Source: Macrostomum lignano (Eukaryota). From it: 34,398 nucleotides of DNA. Under the pieces are notes generated by a model. The model was not told where the DNA came from and searched no databases. It saw only the letters and a program-made list of their open reading frames with translations. The DNA is taken from NCBI GenBank assembly GCA_002269645.1, contig NIVC01003814.1, positions 1 to 34,398 on the forward strand, read 5' to 3'. Positions 11,357 through 21,849 of the stretch are shown piece by piece; position 1 is the stretch's first letter; every line of letters starts with the position of its first letter. The translations under genes and the position numbers were made by a program.

Positions 11357-11775
11357 TGGTGAACTTTATCGATTTTCTTTTCAGCCCAGACCCCCTACTC
11401 CCTCTTTGCGTCCAGACAACCTCCCTCTGGCTGTCAGGGTCTGCGCGCGGGTCGGGGAACTTTATCGATTTTCTTTTCAGCCCAGACCCCCTACTCCCTC
11501 TTTCCATCCAGTCAACCTCCCTCTGGCTGTCAGGGTCTACGCGCGGGTCGGGGAACTTTATCGATTTTCTTTTCAGCCCAGACCCCCTACTCCCTCTTCA
11601 TTTAGTGAACCTCCTCCTGGCTGTCAGTGTCTGCGCGCGGGGTCGGGGAATTCTTTATATCGATTTTCTTTTCAGCCCCGACCCCTACTCCCTCTTTTCC
11701 ATCCAGCCAACCTCCCTCTGGCTATCACGGTCTGCGCACGGGGTCGGTGAACTTTATCGATTTTCTTTTCCCCAA
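11357..11775 (+). repeat. ~96-bp tandem repeat, ~4.3 copies
   Basis: GAACTTTATCGATTTTCTTTTC recurs at 11361, 11457, 11553, ~11648 and 11749. Confidence 0.95.
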
Positions 11776-11999
11776 CATACCTGAACTTTATGGCTTCTAG
11801 CTGTTCATGATTTATTGCTTACCTTTTATTTTAATTAGCTCTTACCATGACTTTTCTGTCTGGCTTATTGTTTTCTAGATTATAATCATATGACAATCCT
11901 TACAATTACAACCAAAATCTTGCTAAACATTTTATACTATTCCTGCTGAAATATTTACAGCTTTTACCAAGCTAAACTCACAATGTAGGCACGGCACTA

Positions 12000-12905
12000 T
12001 AGGGATTCCAATCCCGGGATCCCGGGATCCCGGGATTGGGGCCAAAAATCCGGGATTTGAATCCCGGGATTTTTTTGGGAATCGAATCCCGGGATTTTTA
12101 ATCCCGGGATTGCAAAAGTCCGGGATCGGGATCCCGGGATTTCAAGGCCTTAATCCCGGGATTGGTCCGGGATTAGAACAACCTTTCAATGCCTAAATTA
12201 GATAATTTAAAGTCTAAACGTTTATTTGAATAATAAAACATTTATTTGTTTTTGCTGTTTCTCAATGAAACGCTAAACATTTGCAAAGCTCCTGTCCTAA
12301 TTGATCTAAAAATTGTTAATGTGAACTGTAAATGATAGATAATTTTAATTTTTTCGTTTTCCACCACGAGACGAGACTGAGGGCCTTTTCATAGTGCTTG
12401 TTCTGGTTCCAGAAGCAGAACCAATTTGTGAAGTATAACTTTTTGTCTCCATAACTATAGGGAGATACGTGCTATAAAGTTTTTATTATTGAATGACAGT
12501 CGCCAAAAAGAAAGTGAAAAATCGTGCAAAGTGAGGCTGTTAAGGCAGTCAAATATTAACAGAGTTTAATAGTTATACTGCTGTTTTTCTTGGAATTCCG
12601 AACCGATTCTGGTTCTGGAATTGGTAACATGAAAAGGCCCTGAGACTCTGAGAGTCGCGAGACCATGACTACTGCACGCGGCACGCCGCACAGTCCGTCT
12701 TAGGATTCCAATCCCGGGATCCCGGGATCCCGGGATTGGGGCCAAAAATCCGGGATTTGAATCCCGGGATTTTTTTTGGAATCGAATCCCGGGATTTTTA
12801 ATCCCGGGATTGCAAAAGCACCGGGATTCCGGGATTTCAACAGCATCGGGATTTCGGGACTATTCAATCCCGGGATTGTAAAATGTCGGGATTTTGGAAT
12901 CCCTA
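12000..12905. mobile_element. Composite non-autonomous hAT-like element with ATCCCGGGAT subterminal arrays and a duplicated left end
   Basis: TIR TAGGGATTCCAA (12000) / TTGGAATCCCTA (ends 12905). GGCACTA(T) flanks both ends (7-8 bp TSD). 12001-12118 is repeated directly at ~12701-12818. Confidence 0.85.
12381..12640. mobile_element. PIF/Harbinger-like MITE nested in the hAT-like element
   Basis: 12-bp TIR GGGCCTTTTCAT / ATGAAAAGGCCC, 3-bp TSD TGA on both sides, and subterminal TTCTGGTTC motifs at both ends. Confidence 0.75.
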
Positions 12906-13122
12906 GGCACTATGATTAGTAAATTCACGCTTAAAACACCTACGCTGTCTATTTTGGCAGACATAAAAATTACACTGCACTGAAACTATATTTTCTATTT
13001 ATTACCATTGTAATTTCATAATTGTTCGTTATTTTCGTAAGTTTTATGCTAGTACGAGCTTAGTGTAGCACGAGTATTGTGTACTTTTATTGCACACTTT
13101 TAAGAATCCTCAGCATGGGTTA

Positions 13123-13428
13123 CCACCCTCCCAGATCCTCAGATTGAACTTCCACCCTCCCAGATCCTCAGATTGAACTTCCAACCTCCCAGATCCTCAG
13201 ATTGAACTACCAACCTCCCAGATCCTCTGATTGAACTACCAACCTCCCAGATCCTCAGATTGAACTACCAACCTCCCAGATCCTCTGATTGAACTACCAA
13301 CCTCCCAGATCCTCTGATTGAACTACCAACCTCCCAGATCCTCTGATTGAACTTCCACCCTCCCAGATCCTCTGATTGAACTTCCAACCTCCCGGATCCT
13401 CAGATTGAGCCGCCACTTTCCCAGATCT
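13123..13428 (+). repeat. 29-bp minisatellite (~10.5 copies) upstream of the RBM12-like gene
   Basis: Unit CCAACCTCCCAGATCCTCWGATTGAACTW, period 29 (13123->13152). Confidence 0.95.
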
Positions 13429-13615
13429 TTCCTCATTAAAAACGATTATTCTAGCCTAGCTTACAGAAATTTCATCACGGATCTTAATGCGAGAATAATC
13501 TAAATATACTAAATCTCTAATTGATGCTATTGCATGCCAAAGCACCTCCAGCCTCTAATCTAGGTTAAATTAAGCTTTATCCAATCGGACGCAAATTACA
13601 ACTAGCCAGGTAGCC

Positions 13616-14014
13616 ATGTCGGGCGGCACTGTGCTCATCCGGCTGCAGAACCTCGCCTGGAGCGCCAACGCCTCCGATATTCGCCGATTTTTCAACGGCT
13701 TGGCCATACCGGAGGGCGGCGTCCATATTGTTGGCGGCGATCGCGGCGACGCCTTTGTCACCTTTACCAGCGACGAGACCGCTCGACTAGCGCTGCTGCT
13801 GGACGGCCAGGAGCTGTGCGGCCAGACTCTGAAACTATTCGTCAGCTCCAATGCCGAGATGCAGCACGTTGTGCAGCAGGTCCGTCTAGCAGCCGTGGCT
13901 CCGGCCGAGGAGCCTCAGCCGCCGACTACACCGACTCCACCGCCGTTGCGAGAACAACCCAATCAGGGCCTGTTTGAGCACTCTGCTGGGTACCGGGGCA
14001 GAGGCTACGGACGG
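13616..14014 (+). CDS. RBM12: RBM12-like RNA-binding protein, coding exon 1 (N-terminal RRM)
   Basis: VLIRLQNL...DIRRFFNGLAIPEGGVHIVGGDRGDAF closely matches the RBM12/RBM12B N-terminal RRM. Donor G|GTGAGC at 14015; an alternative in-frame donor G|GTATGT lies at 14039. Confidence 0.85.
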
Positions 14015-14232
14015 GTGAGCAGGGCTGATTGTGCTATGGTATGTGCTTTGGTCTAAACAGATTGAGTTTATGAAAAAACTCGCTTCAGGAATCCAAGGGA
14101 GATCGCTGAATTTCTTGTATTGTATTAAGTTCAACAGTGCGAGACATTCTTTCTCTTTGTTTAAAATTCTGCCAAAGATTTAAAGGACCCATGACTACCC
14201 TTCTATGACTGAATCTCAAATTCCACTGGCTT

Positions 14233-14420
14233 TGACTCACAGAGCATAGCTACTCTCAATAACTCAAATAGCATAGCTACCCCAGTGACTCACAGAGCAT
14301 AGCTACCACACAATGACTCACAGAGCATACCTACCACACAATGACTCACAGAGCATACCTACCCCACAATGACTCACAGAGCATACCTACCACACAATGA
14401 CTCACAGAGCATACCTACCC
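14233..14420 (+). repeat. 28-bp minisatellite in RBM12-like intron 1 (5 copies plus a degenerate one)
   Basis: TGACTCACAGAGCATA at 14286, 14314, 14342, 14370 and 14398. Confidence 0.9.
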
Positions 14421-14461
14421 CAAAGTGCCTATTTCAACCTACTGACCCGCAACTCTTGCAG

Positions 14462-16247
14462 GCTGACCAGAGGCCCTATCCCAGAGAGCGCTTCTACCCG
14501 GAGGCCGATGCCAGACAGCACACCGGTGGCAGCCGATATTTTCCCGCCGACACTGCCGTCGCAGCCTATGAAAATGACGCCGCGGCGGCCGCTGTGCCAC
14601 CAGAGAAGCGGCAGCGTCTTGACCGCGGCGAGGGCTACTATAGGGAAGGCGGCGATGGCTACGGGCGAAACGGCGGCAGGGGAGGCGGCCGAGGAGGCTA
14701 CGAACCGACCGCCTACGGCCGTAGAATCTACGCTGATCAGCAGCAGCCGCAGTCGCGATATCCCATGCATCATCAGCAGACTTGGCCTCAGCAACGGCAC
14801 AGCAACGGAGCCGAGTCCGAATTCACCGATCGGCAGCAGTACCGGCAGCCGTATCAGCAGCACCCTCACCACCAGCGATATGGGGAGGACAACGGCGGCA
14901 ACTACGACAGTGGCTACGGCTCTTCTAGGCGCTGGGCTTCCAATCCTAGCAGAACCGACGAGGAAAACTACAGATATAGCCGCGGCGGCGACTGGAACGA
15001 GCAACACAACAGCGGCTGGGACAATGCACAACAGATGGAAGGCGGAGAAGGTCGCAGCGGCGGCGGCCCTGCTTCTGATGCTGCTGCGGCTGCCGCGGCT
15101 TCTGCCCTGAATGCCTACTCAAACATCTACAGCGGCGGGGAAGACAATCCGCCGTCGACATCGTTGGCAGCGGCCTATTCGTCTAGCCGGGATCCTCGCT
15201 TGGCCGGCCGCAACCAGCGGGAGCCGGTGGACTCAACTGCCCGAGGTCCCGTCGAAGCTGCTGCCGCTATTGAGAGCGAAGATCGATCGAGCTTCTATAA
15301 CGAGCACCGGGACCCGAGATTCAAAGGCGAGCTGTACAACGCCGAGGCTCGGAGCCGGCCTGCCGATGAGGCCAAGCAGCCGCAGCCGCAGCTGCCACTC
15401 GGATCGGCGTCCAGCAGCGGCCGGAGCCGAGAACGGGACTACAAAGCTGAGGAAGAGGGCTACGTGTTCTACAAAGATCGCGGCCAGCAGCAGCAGAGAG
15501 GCGGTCGCTACGCCGGCGGCCGGGGCGGATCCCACCATTCGCGTCCGTATGACGATACAGCGGCGGCGGAGTTTGGCGACAGCGGCGGACGGCGAGGGCG
15601 TCAATCTTATGATAACTACGAAATGGGTGAGGAGGGCGGCGGTCCGCGCGGCGGCTGGCGAGGACGTGGTAGAGGCGGCCGCGGCGGCGGAGGGCCAAGC
15701 AATGGATTTCCGGCGCCGTACTCTGAGAGCGGCGGCTACCGGCCGAAGCCGTGGATAGCAGACGGCAGCGGCGGTAGCGGTCCAGCCGGTAGCAGCGGTT
15801 TCCAGCTGTTGCCGCAGCCGCCAGTCGGTGACGACGATTCCGTCGCCGCCGCGTTTCGCCAGCTGTGCCATCCCGGCCGGCCGAAGTCGCTGCTCGGCCC
15901 GGCGCCAAGTGGGCCGCCTCCAAACTGGCGGTCGGAGGCCGCTCAGTCCCCGGCGGCCGCTGCCGCCGAGCTGCCAAACCAGACCAGTTTGCAGCCGCCG
16001 CCGATGCCGCAGTTGCCGCGAGAGGCGCTGCCGGACTACACGAAGGGCCCGCGCGACGAGCATTTCATAGCGCTGGCCGGCCTGCCTCTGGACGCCGATT
16101 ATTCGGACGCCTGCGCCGCCCTTCCTGGAATTCGGCTGGCCCTGTCCGACGTAAAATTCGAGACTGATGCTCTTGGCAGGCGAACTGGACAGGCTTTTGT
16201 CCGACTAGTCGAACCGGCGGACGTGTTGAGGGCGATTAGCCAGTCAG
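14462..16247 (+). CDS. RBM12: RBM12-like, coding exon 2 (Q/H/G/Y- and RGG-rich low-complexity region plus most of RRM2)
   Basis: Branch-like TACTGAC and acceptor CTTGCAG| at 14461 (phase 0). HFIALAGLP...GRRTGQAFVRL is a qRRM signature. Donor CAG|GTGAGC at 16248 (phase 1). Confidence 0.8.
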
Positions 16248-16481
16248 GTGAGCTTCGTTACTAAAGTACTAAATTTTTTTAAGTTTGGGTAAAGCCAGCC
16301 TTCAAAAACTTTCTAAGAAACGAAATTTTCCCATCCTACTTAAGTCATATTTTATTCTGGCATGGAATGTCCTAACAACCCAATGGTGTATCCTACTTGT
16401 AAGTAGCAAGATAGGAGTAGGAATAAGTAGGAATAATTATCTGCAACTAATCAATAATCGTATTCGCCTTTTCGATCGCAG

Positions 16482-17164
16482 TAACCGACGACAGCGGCAG
16501 AGTGCACGTGAGCGCCTCCTGCGAGCACGAGTTCCGCTGCGCCAACGATCCGGACTTCACTGGCGACGCCGACGATCCAGACATCGGCGGCGGCAGCGGC
16601 GGCGTGGAATTCCCGCCCAGGCCGTCGCCCTACTACCTGGACTGCTGTCTGGAGGTGAACGGCCTGCCGCAGCCGATCGTAGCCGAGGATCTGCTGACTG
16701 TGTTCGGCGACGATCGGGCAATCGCCGATATGTCTGAAGATTTGCACCTGGACCGGAGCAAGGACCCGAACTCGGTGACGGCTTATCTGCGATTCGACGG
16801 CTTCGAACGATTTGCCGAGGCCACTCGGAGTGACGTCACCCAGCTGGCGCCCTGCGCCTACTTTGTCGCCATCTCCCGGCTGCAGTTCGCCAGCTACAGG
16901 GCGGCCTCTCTGCGCTGCGGCGACGCCGGCGCCGAGGAAGACGACGAGGACGACGAAGAGGTCGACGATCAGGGAAGGCCGTCGAAGGCGACCGACTTCA
17001 GGCGCCCGCCGATCGGGTTTCAGCGGCAGCAGCCAATCGGAGCTGTTGTGAAGCAGAAAAACCCGCAATGGAAGAAATCAAGCCGGATCGAGCGCTGCCT
17101 AGCAACAAGACTGATGAAGCCTGTTAGCTTCTATGGCTTTGTCCCAGCTTCTCTGTCCCGATAA
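16482..17164 (+). CDS. RBM12: RBM12-like, coding exon 3 (end of RRM2, degenerate RRM3; total ~955 aa)
   Basis: Acceptor TCGCAG| at 16481 is phase-1 compatible, giving ...SQSVTDDSGRVHVSASCEHEF. CLEVNGLP...TAYLRF is RRM-like. Stop TAA at 17162-17164. Confidence 0.75.
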
Positions 17165-17179
17165 TAAGTTAATCATAAT

Positions 17180-17185
17180 AATAAA
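17180..17185 (+). terminator. Candidate polyadenylation signal of the RBM12-like gene
   Basis: AATAAA 16 nt after the stop codon. Confidence 0.4.
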
Positions 17186-18719
17186 TTTACTAAAGCGAAT
17201 ACAGTAAACGCTGTACAGTCGGAGTCTGTGCGTTGCCGTCGAGTTAAAAATATTTTAAATGCCTGTCAATTCATGTCTATAATTTAACAGCTTATTGCTA
17301 GCGCTGTCTTGTGTGTGCAAAGTGATCTAGCGGCCTGCGTCATCCCATGTTCTAACTATGTGACATTATCCATCTCTCAAATGTTATGATATTTTTGCTA
17401 ACTATCAACTAATAATATATCGCAATAGGCATATCGTATTTCTGTGCTTAAACAGTCACCGAAAGACAACTTTGACCGGAGTCAGTGGTAGTTTAACAGA
17501 TTTTTTTACATGCATCGTACATTTACCGATACAAAGAAATTCTGCAATAACTCACCATCTTTACTACTTAATCTTATGGTTGTAGGTCCTTGTTTTAGTA
17601 GTTTTTAAACAAAGTTCAATTTGGGCTCGATTTGGCTACAGATATTAAAATATCTAGATAGACCACTCAGGCATACAATGCTTTGTAGAACAGCTTTCTA
17701 CTTCCAGTTCAGTAGCAAAGAAGAATACATAAGCTATTTTATAACAATTAAGCCAGTTGAAATGATTCTGATAACTGTAGAAGCCCAAGCTTGCAGACGT
17801 AAACAACTTGCTAATTGATTCAGCCATAATGTACATTAGCCAGCGCCACTGAAATGTACATCGAGAAAGGCAATTAAAAATTAGGCGGCGGGGTGGGTGT
17901 AGAGGTTCCGTGTAGAAAGGGCGCGGTGGAGGGGGGCTTCAAGGTTTAAGCTAGGGGAATTCAAGAGCCAATAAATGAGCCTGTCTTTAAGTTTAAACTA
18001 CATTAAAATCGTGCTTGTGTTTAACTTCTGCTGAACTGGAAGTAGCTTACAGGCAAATGTGCTGAGTGCCTTATCTCAGTATCTGTGGTATAGGAGGCTG
18101 ATTAAATTTAGTTTCTTTCTTTGACGTTCTTTTGGCTCTTTTTAAACTTAAATCCCAAAAACGTACATGTGCGAGCAGATCGTACTGTAGACGTATCGAT
18201 TTCATCCTAAGCTTGAATTCATACAATGTACATGTGCTCGAACAATTTTATTAATTAATATTTGGTTGGCACTTTAAAACTTCCCCTAACAAATTTAGCA
18301 ACTCAATATAATTTTTTTCCTTTCTGCGTCATATAGAAATTCAACCAGAAATTCAAAGTTAAAAATTAATATAATGCGCGCCCATTTTTAAGTAATGGAC
18401 CAAAATAAACACGCACGTAATTTATAATATCTATATGGCTACGAAAAGCTATGTAGTAAATGAGACCGTCAGAGTACTGCATGACGTGTAATCCTGAATA
18501 ATAGCGTATTCGTTCCTAGATACAGCGTGTTTGTATTTTTAAGCGTAAAGCATCATCCTGCCTAGCTGAAAAGCACAATTCGAATATAAATGTAATGGTC
18601 ATTACGTCGCCACTTTTCTTGTTACTTTTTCATTTTTTTTCCGCTATAAACTGAAGTTTGTGGGTACGCGCTCGTAGCATCAGTGTTGAACTGAAGGAGC
18701 TTTTGGGTAGCATTCGGTG

Positions 18720-19575
18720 TTAAACTGAGTGGGCTGATGGGTAAACAACTACAACAATAAACTGAGGGAGCTGATGGGTAAACAACTACAATAAACTGAG
18801 GTTGCTGATGGGTAAACAACTACAATAAACTGAGGGTGCTAATGGGTAAAACAACTACAATAAACTGAGGGTGCTGATGGGTAAACAACTACAATAAACT
18901 GAGTGGGCTGATGGGTAAACAACTACAATAAACTGAGGTTGCTGATGGGTAAACAACTACAATAAACTGAGGGTGCTAATGGGTAAAACAACTACAATAA
19001 ACTGAGGGTGCTGATGGGTAAACAACTACAATAAACTGAGTGGGCTGATGGGTAAACAACTACAATAAACTGAGGGTGCTGATAGGTAAACAACTGCAAT
19101 AAACTGAGGGAGCTGATGGGTAAACAACTACAATAAACTGAGGGTGCTGATAGGTAAACAACTGCAATAAACTGAGGGAGCTGATGGGTAAACAACTACA
19201 ATAAACTGAGGTGCTGGGGTAAACAACTACAATAAACTGAGGTGATGGGTAAACAACTGCAATAAACTGAGTGATGGGTAAACAACTGCTGAAACAACTG
19301 CAAAAACTGAGGGTGCTGATGGGTAAACAACTACAATAAACTGAGTGGGCTGATGGGTAAACACACTGAGTGGGCTGATGGGTAAAAAACTGCAATAAGC
19401 TGAGGGTGTTGGTGGGTAAACAACTGCAATAAACTGAGGGAGCTGATGGGTAAACAACTGCAATAAACTGAGGGTGTTGGTGGGTAAACAACTGCAATAA
19501 ACTGAGGGAGCTGATGGGTAAACAACTGCAATAAACTGAAGGTGTTGGTGGGTAAACAACTGCAATAAACTGAAA
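18720..19575 (+). repeat. 34-bp minisatellite (~25 copies) between the convergent RBM12-like and PRDX6 genes
   Basis: Unit ATAAACTGAGGGWGCTGATGGGTAAACAACTRCA, period 34 (18757->18791). Confidence 0.95.
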
Positions 19576-19941
19576 AATTGTGTATAGGCAAAAAGCGGGA
19601 CAATTGGCTTTAGTTTTACTATTATTCCAAAAGTGTAAACCGGAATTAAATATAATCTTGTTTTATATTTCAAACTAGAGAAAAAAACTCACAGGGAATT
19701 TGTGAGGAACAGATTTTGTTTCTGCTGGTCGGTAGGCATAGTTTTAATTGAGCAAACAGATGGATGGCCACATATGCAATCGATGGTCATTGGTTCCAGA
19801 TTGGTCAAAGCGCACGTTCATGATCAGCTGAACTGCTTTGGAAAACTAGATAGATGTCAGTGATTGATTTCTACTACCATTGATGGATTGTTGGAATTAA
19901 AAGAACAAGATGAACTTTGAAATCAATTTTCAAGTCGAAGT

Positions 19942-20367
19942 CTACTTTCCACTGCCGGGCATGTAGCGCAGGTACTGCTTGCCGGAGGGCAGATCCCTGA
20001 CCTGGGTGCCAGCCGGCGGGGTCTTGATAGACGGCGGCACGATGCAATCGTCGCCGGAGCGCCAGTTCACCGGCGTGGCAAAGCCGTTCTTAGCAGTCAG
20101 CTGGATGCTGTCGATAGCGCGCAGAATCTCGTCGAAATTGCGCCCAGTGGTGGCCGGGTACAGGATGGACATCTTGAGCTTCTTGTCCGGCCCGATGAGG
20201 AACACGGTGCGGGCTGGCAGCGGCAGGCCCTCCTTGCCGATCTCGTTGGGGTCGAGCATCTGCAGCTGGACGGCCAGCTCGCGGCTCTTGTCGGCGATGA
20301 TTGGGTAGGGCAGCGGCCGGCTGCAGTCCGTGGCACCGGACACGTGCATCACGTCCTTGGACCAGGC
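19942..20367 (-). CDS. PRDX6: Peroxiredoxin-6 (1-Cys Prx), coding exon 2 of 2
   Basis: Acceptor AAAAG|GCCTGG (phase 0). AWSKDVM...ARTVFLIGPDKKLKMSILYPATTGRNFDEILRAIDSIQLT...ATPVNW is the PRDX6 C-terminal half. Confidence 0.93.
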   Translation of the reverse strand, partial: AWSKDVMHVSGATDCSRPLPYPIIADKSRELAVQLQMLDPNEIGKEGLPLPARTVFLIGPDKKLKMSILYPATTGRNFDEILRAIDSIQLTAKNGFATPVNWRSGDDCIVPPSIKTPPAGTQVRDLPSGKQYLRYMPGSGK

Positions 20368-20460
20368 CTTTTGGGTTTTGATGAAAAGGCGTTTATAGTG
20401 ACCGTTTTTTGCCCAAAAATCAATTCAAATTGTGACCCCTTTTGTCAAAAAATCAGATCA

Positions 20461-20730
20461 AACCCAGAGAATCGCCTCTAAACCACCCAGAGAATCCCCT
20501 GAACCACAAGAAAAGCCTCTAAACCACCGAGAATTGCCTAAACTCGAAAATCCGGAGAATCGCCCTAAACCACCCAGAGAATCGCCCCTAAACCACCCAG
20601 AGAATCGCCCCTAAACCACCCAGAGAATCGCCCTAAACCACCCAGAGAATCGCCTTTTAGAGAATCTAACTACCCAGAGAATCGCCTTTTAAACTAACTA
20701 CCCAGAGAATCGCCGCTAAACCACCCGAGA
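20461..20730 (+). repeat. 22-23-bp minisatellite in the PRDX6 intron (~11 partly degenerate copies)
   Basis: Unit AAACCACCCAGAGAATCGCCC(C)T. Confidence 0.9.
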
Positions 20731-21618
20731 AAATGCTTTAAGACCTAAGATAATAGGAGTAAAAAGCATAAAAAATGTCGCTCTGAATCCGGTAACATAA
20801 TATTATTAAAGCTTGTTCAGAGTATTAATATACTCACTCTTATCGCGCCTAAACAAAAAGATGATCAAGCACCAGCACGCCTTGCCTATAGGCTTATCAA
20901 TTGTTGGACCCGATAACAAGGCTTAAGAGTCAGAGTACCAAAGTTAAAGACTTACTTAAGTTAACGAAGTTGCTTTTTCTTATCAATAATATTTTATTGC
21001 GTAAAAGCCGCTAGACTGGACCTAAAATCTATGTCGGTCACCGTTGTTTGATAAAAATTCGGTCAGATTAAACAAGGCAAAAATCCAAAGGTAAAATTAC
21101 ATTTACCTTTATTACGATTCTCGAATATGCTATTGCTATCTATTTCCTTATCTATAACCTTTTAGAGACCCTGGGACAAAGCCGGCTGGTCTTGATCTGG
21201 ACTTTGGGCTTATTTTTTCAGACGAATCCAAATTATGGCATCCTATAAAATAGGATTTGATTCAAAGTACAATATGTCCTGAGCCAATATATATCCAATA
21301 AACAAATACAGTTAAATATTTTAATATTATAATCTTTGTTTATAAGAATATACAATCCAGAAGGGTAAGATCCTGGCTTTGGAGTTCGTGAAGTTAAATT
21401 CCATTCAAATTCGTGTCAGAAAGGACATTGTTAAAAAATTGTTCACCCAATAAACTGTCTTTAAAGATCTCGAAAACGACTACTCATTTGTTCATTGACA
21501 ATGACATTGTCATTACCATTAGCCTTGCTTTTAATGCCAATTGGCAATAGTGTCTGTTTAAAAAGGAGTTTGATTAAAAAAAGAACGGAAGGGAATGTCT
21601 CTTTGAGCTTGTTATTAC

Positions 21619-21849
21619 CTTGTGATCTTCAACGGAATCCAACGAGATTGCAATCAGCTTAACTCCGCGCTTATCAAACTCGGGCTTCAGATTGACAACC
21701 CGAGCCAGTTCGGTAGTGCAAACCGGCGTGAAATCGGCCGGATGAGAGAACAGAATGGCCCAGGAGTCGCCAATCCATTGGTGAAAGTTGATGCGACCCT
21801 CGGTTGTGTCCGCGTCAAAATTTGGGAAAACTTCGCCAAGTCGGGCCAT
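21619..21849 (-). CDS. PRDX6: Peroxiredoxin-6, coding exon 1 of 2 (total 218 aa)
   Basis: [21 protein letters not shown] contains the peroxidatic PVCTTE motif and a GDSWx motif. Donor AAG|GTAATA after 77 codons. Confidence 0.95.

Noticed and set aside
14397-17068. Long overlapping and antisense ORFs over the RBM12-like exons (also over otopetrin, PRDX6 and ANK)
   Set aside because: Shadow ORFs expected in GC-rich coding sequence; no recognisable domains or independent splice signals.
4854-17164. Functional operon or pathway linking otopetrin, RBM12-like, PRDX6 and ANK
   Set aside because: Mixed orientations and unrelated functions; nothing in the sequence ties them together beyond adjacency.
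18720-19575. Hammerhead ribozyme in the 34-bp satellite
   Set aside because: It has CTGATGG rather than CUGANGA, with no properly placed GAAA core or flanking stems.
18622-19673. Minus-strand ORFs (65-148 aa), likewise 11301-11784, 7996-8199 and 20432-20614
   Set aside because: Periodic peptides produced by stop-poor tandem repeats.
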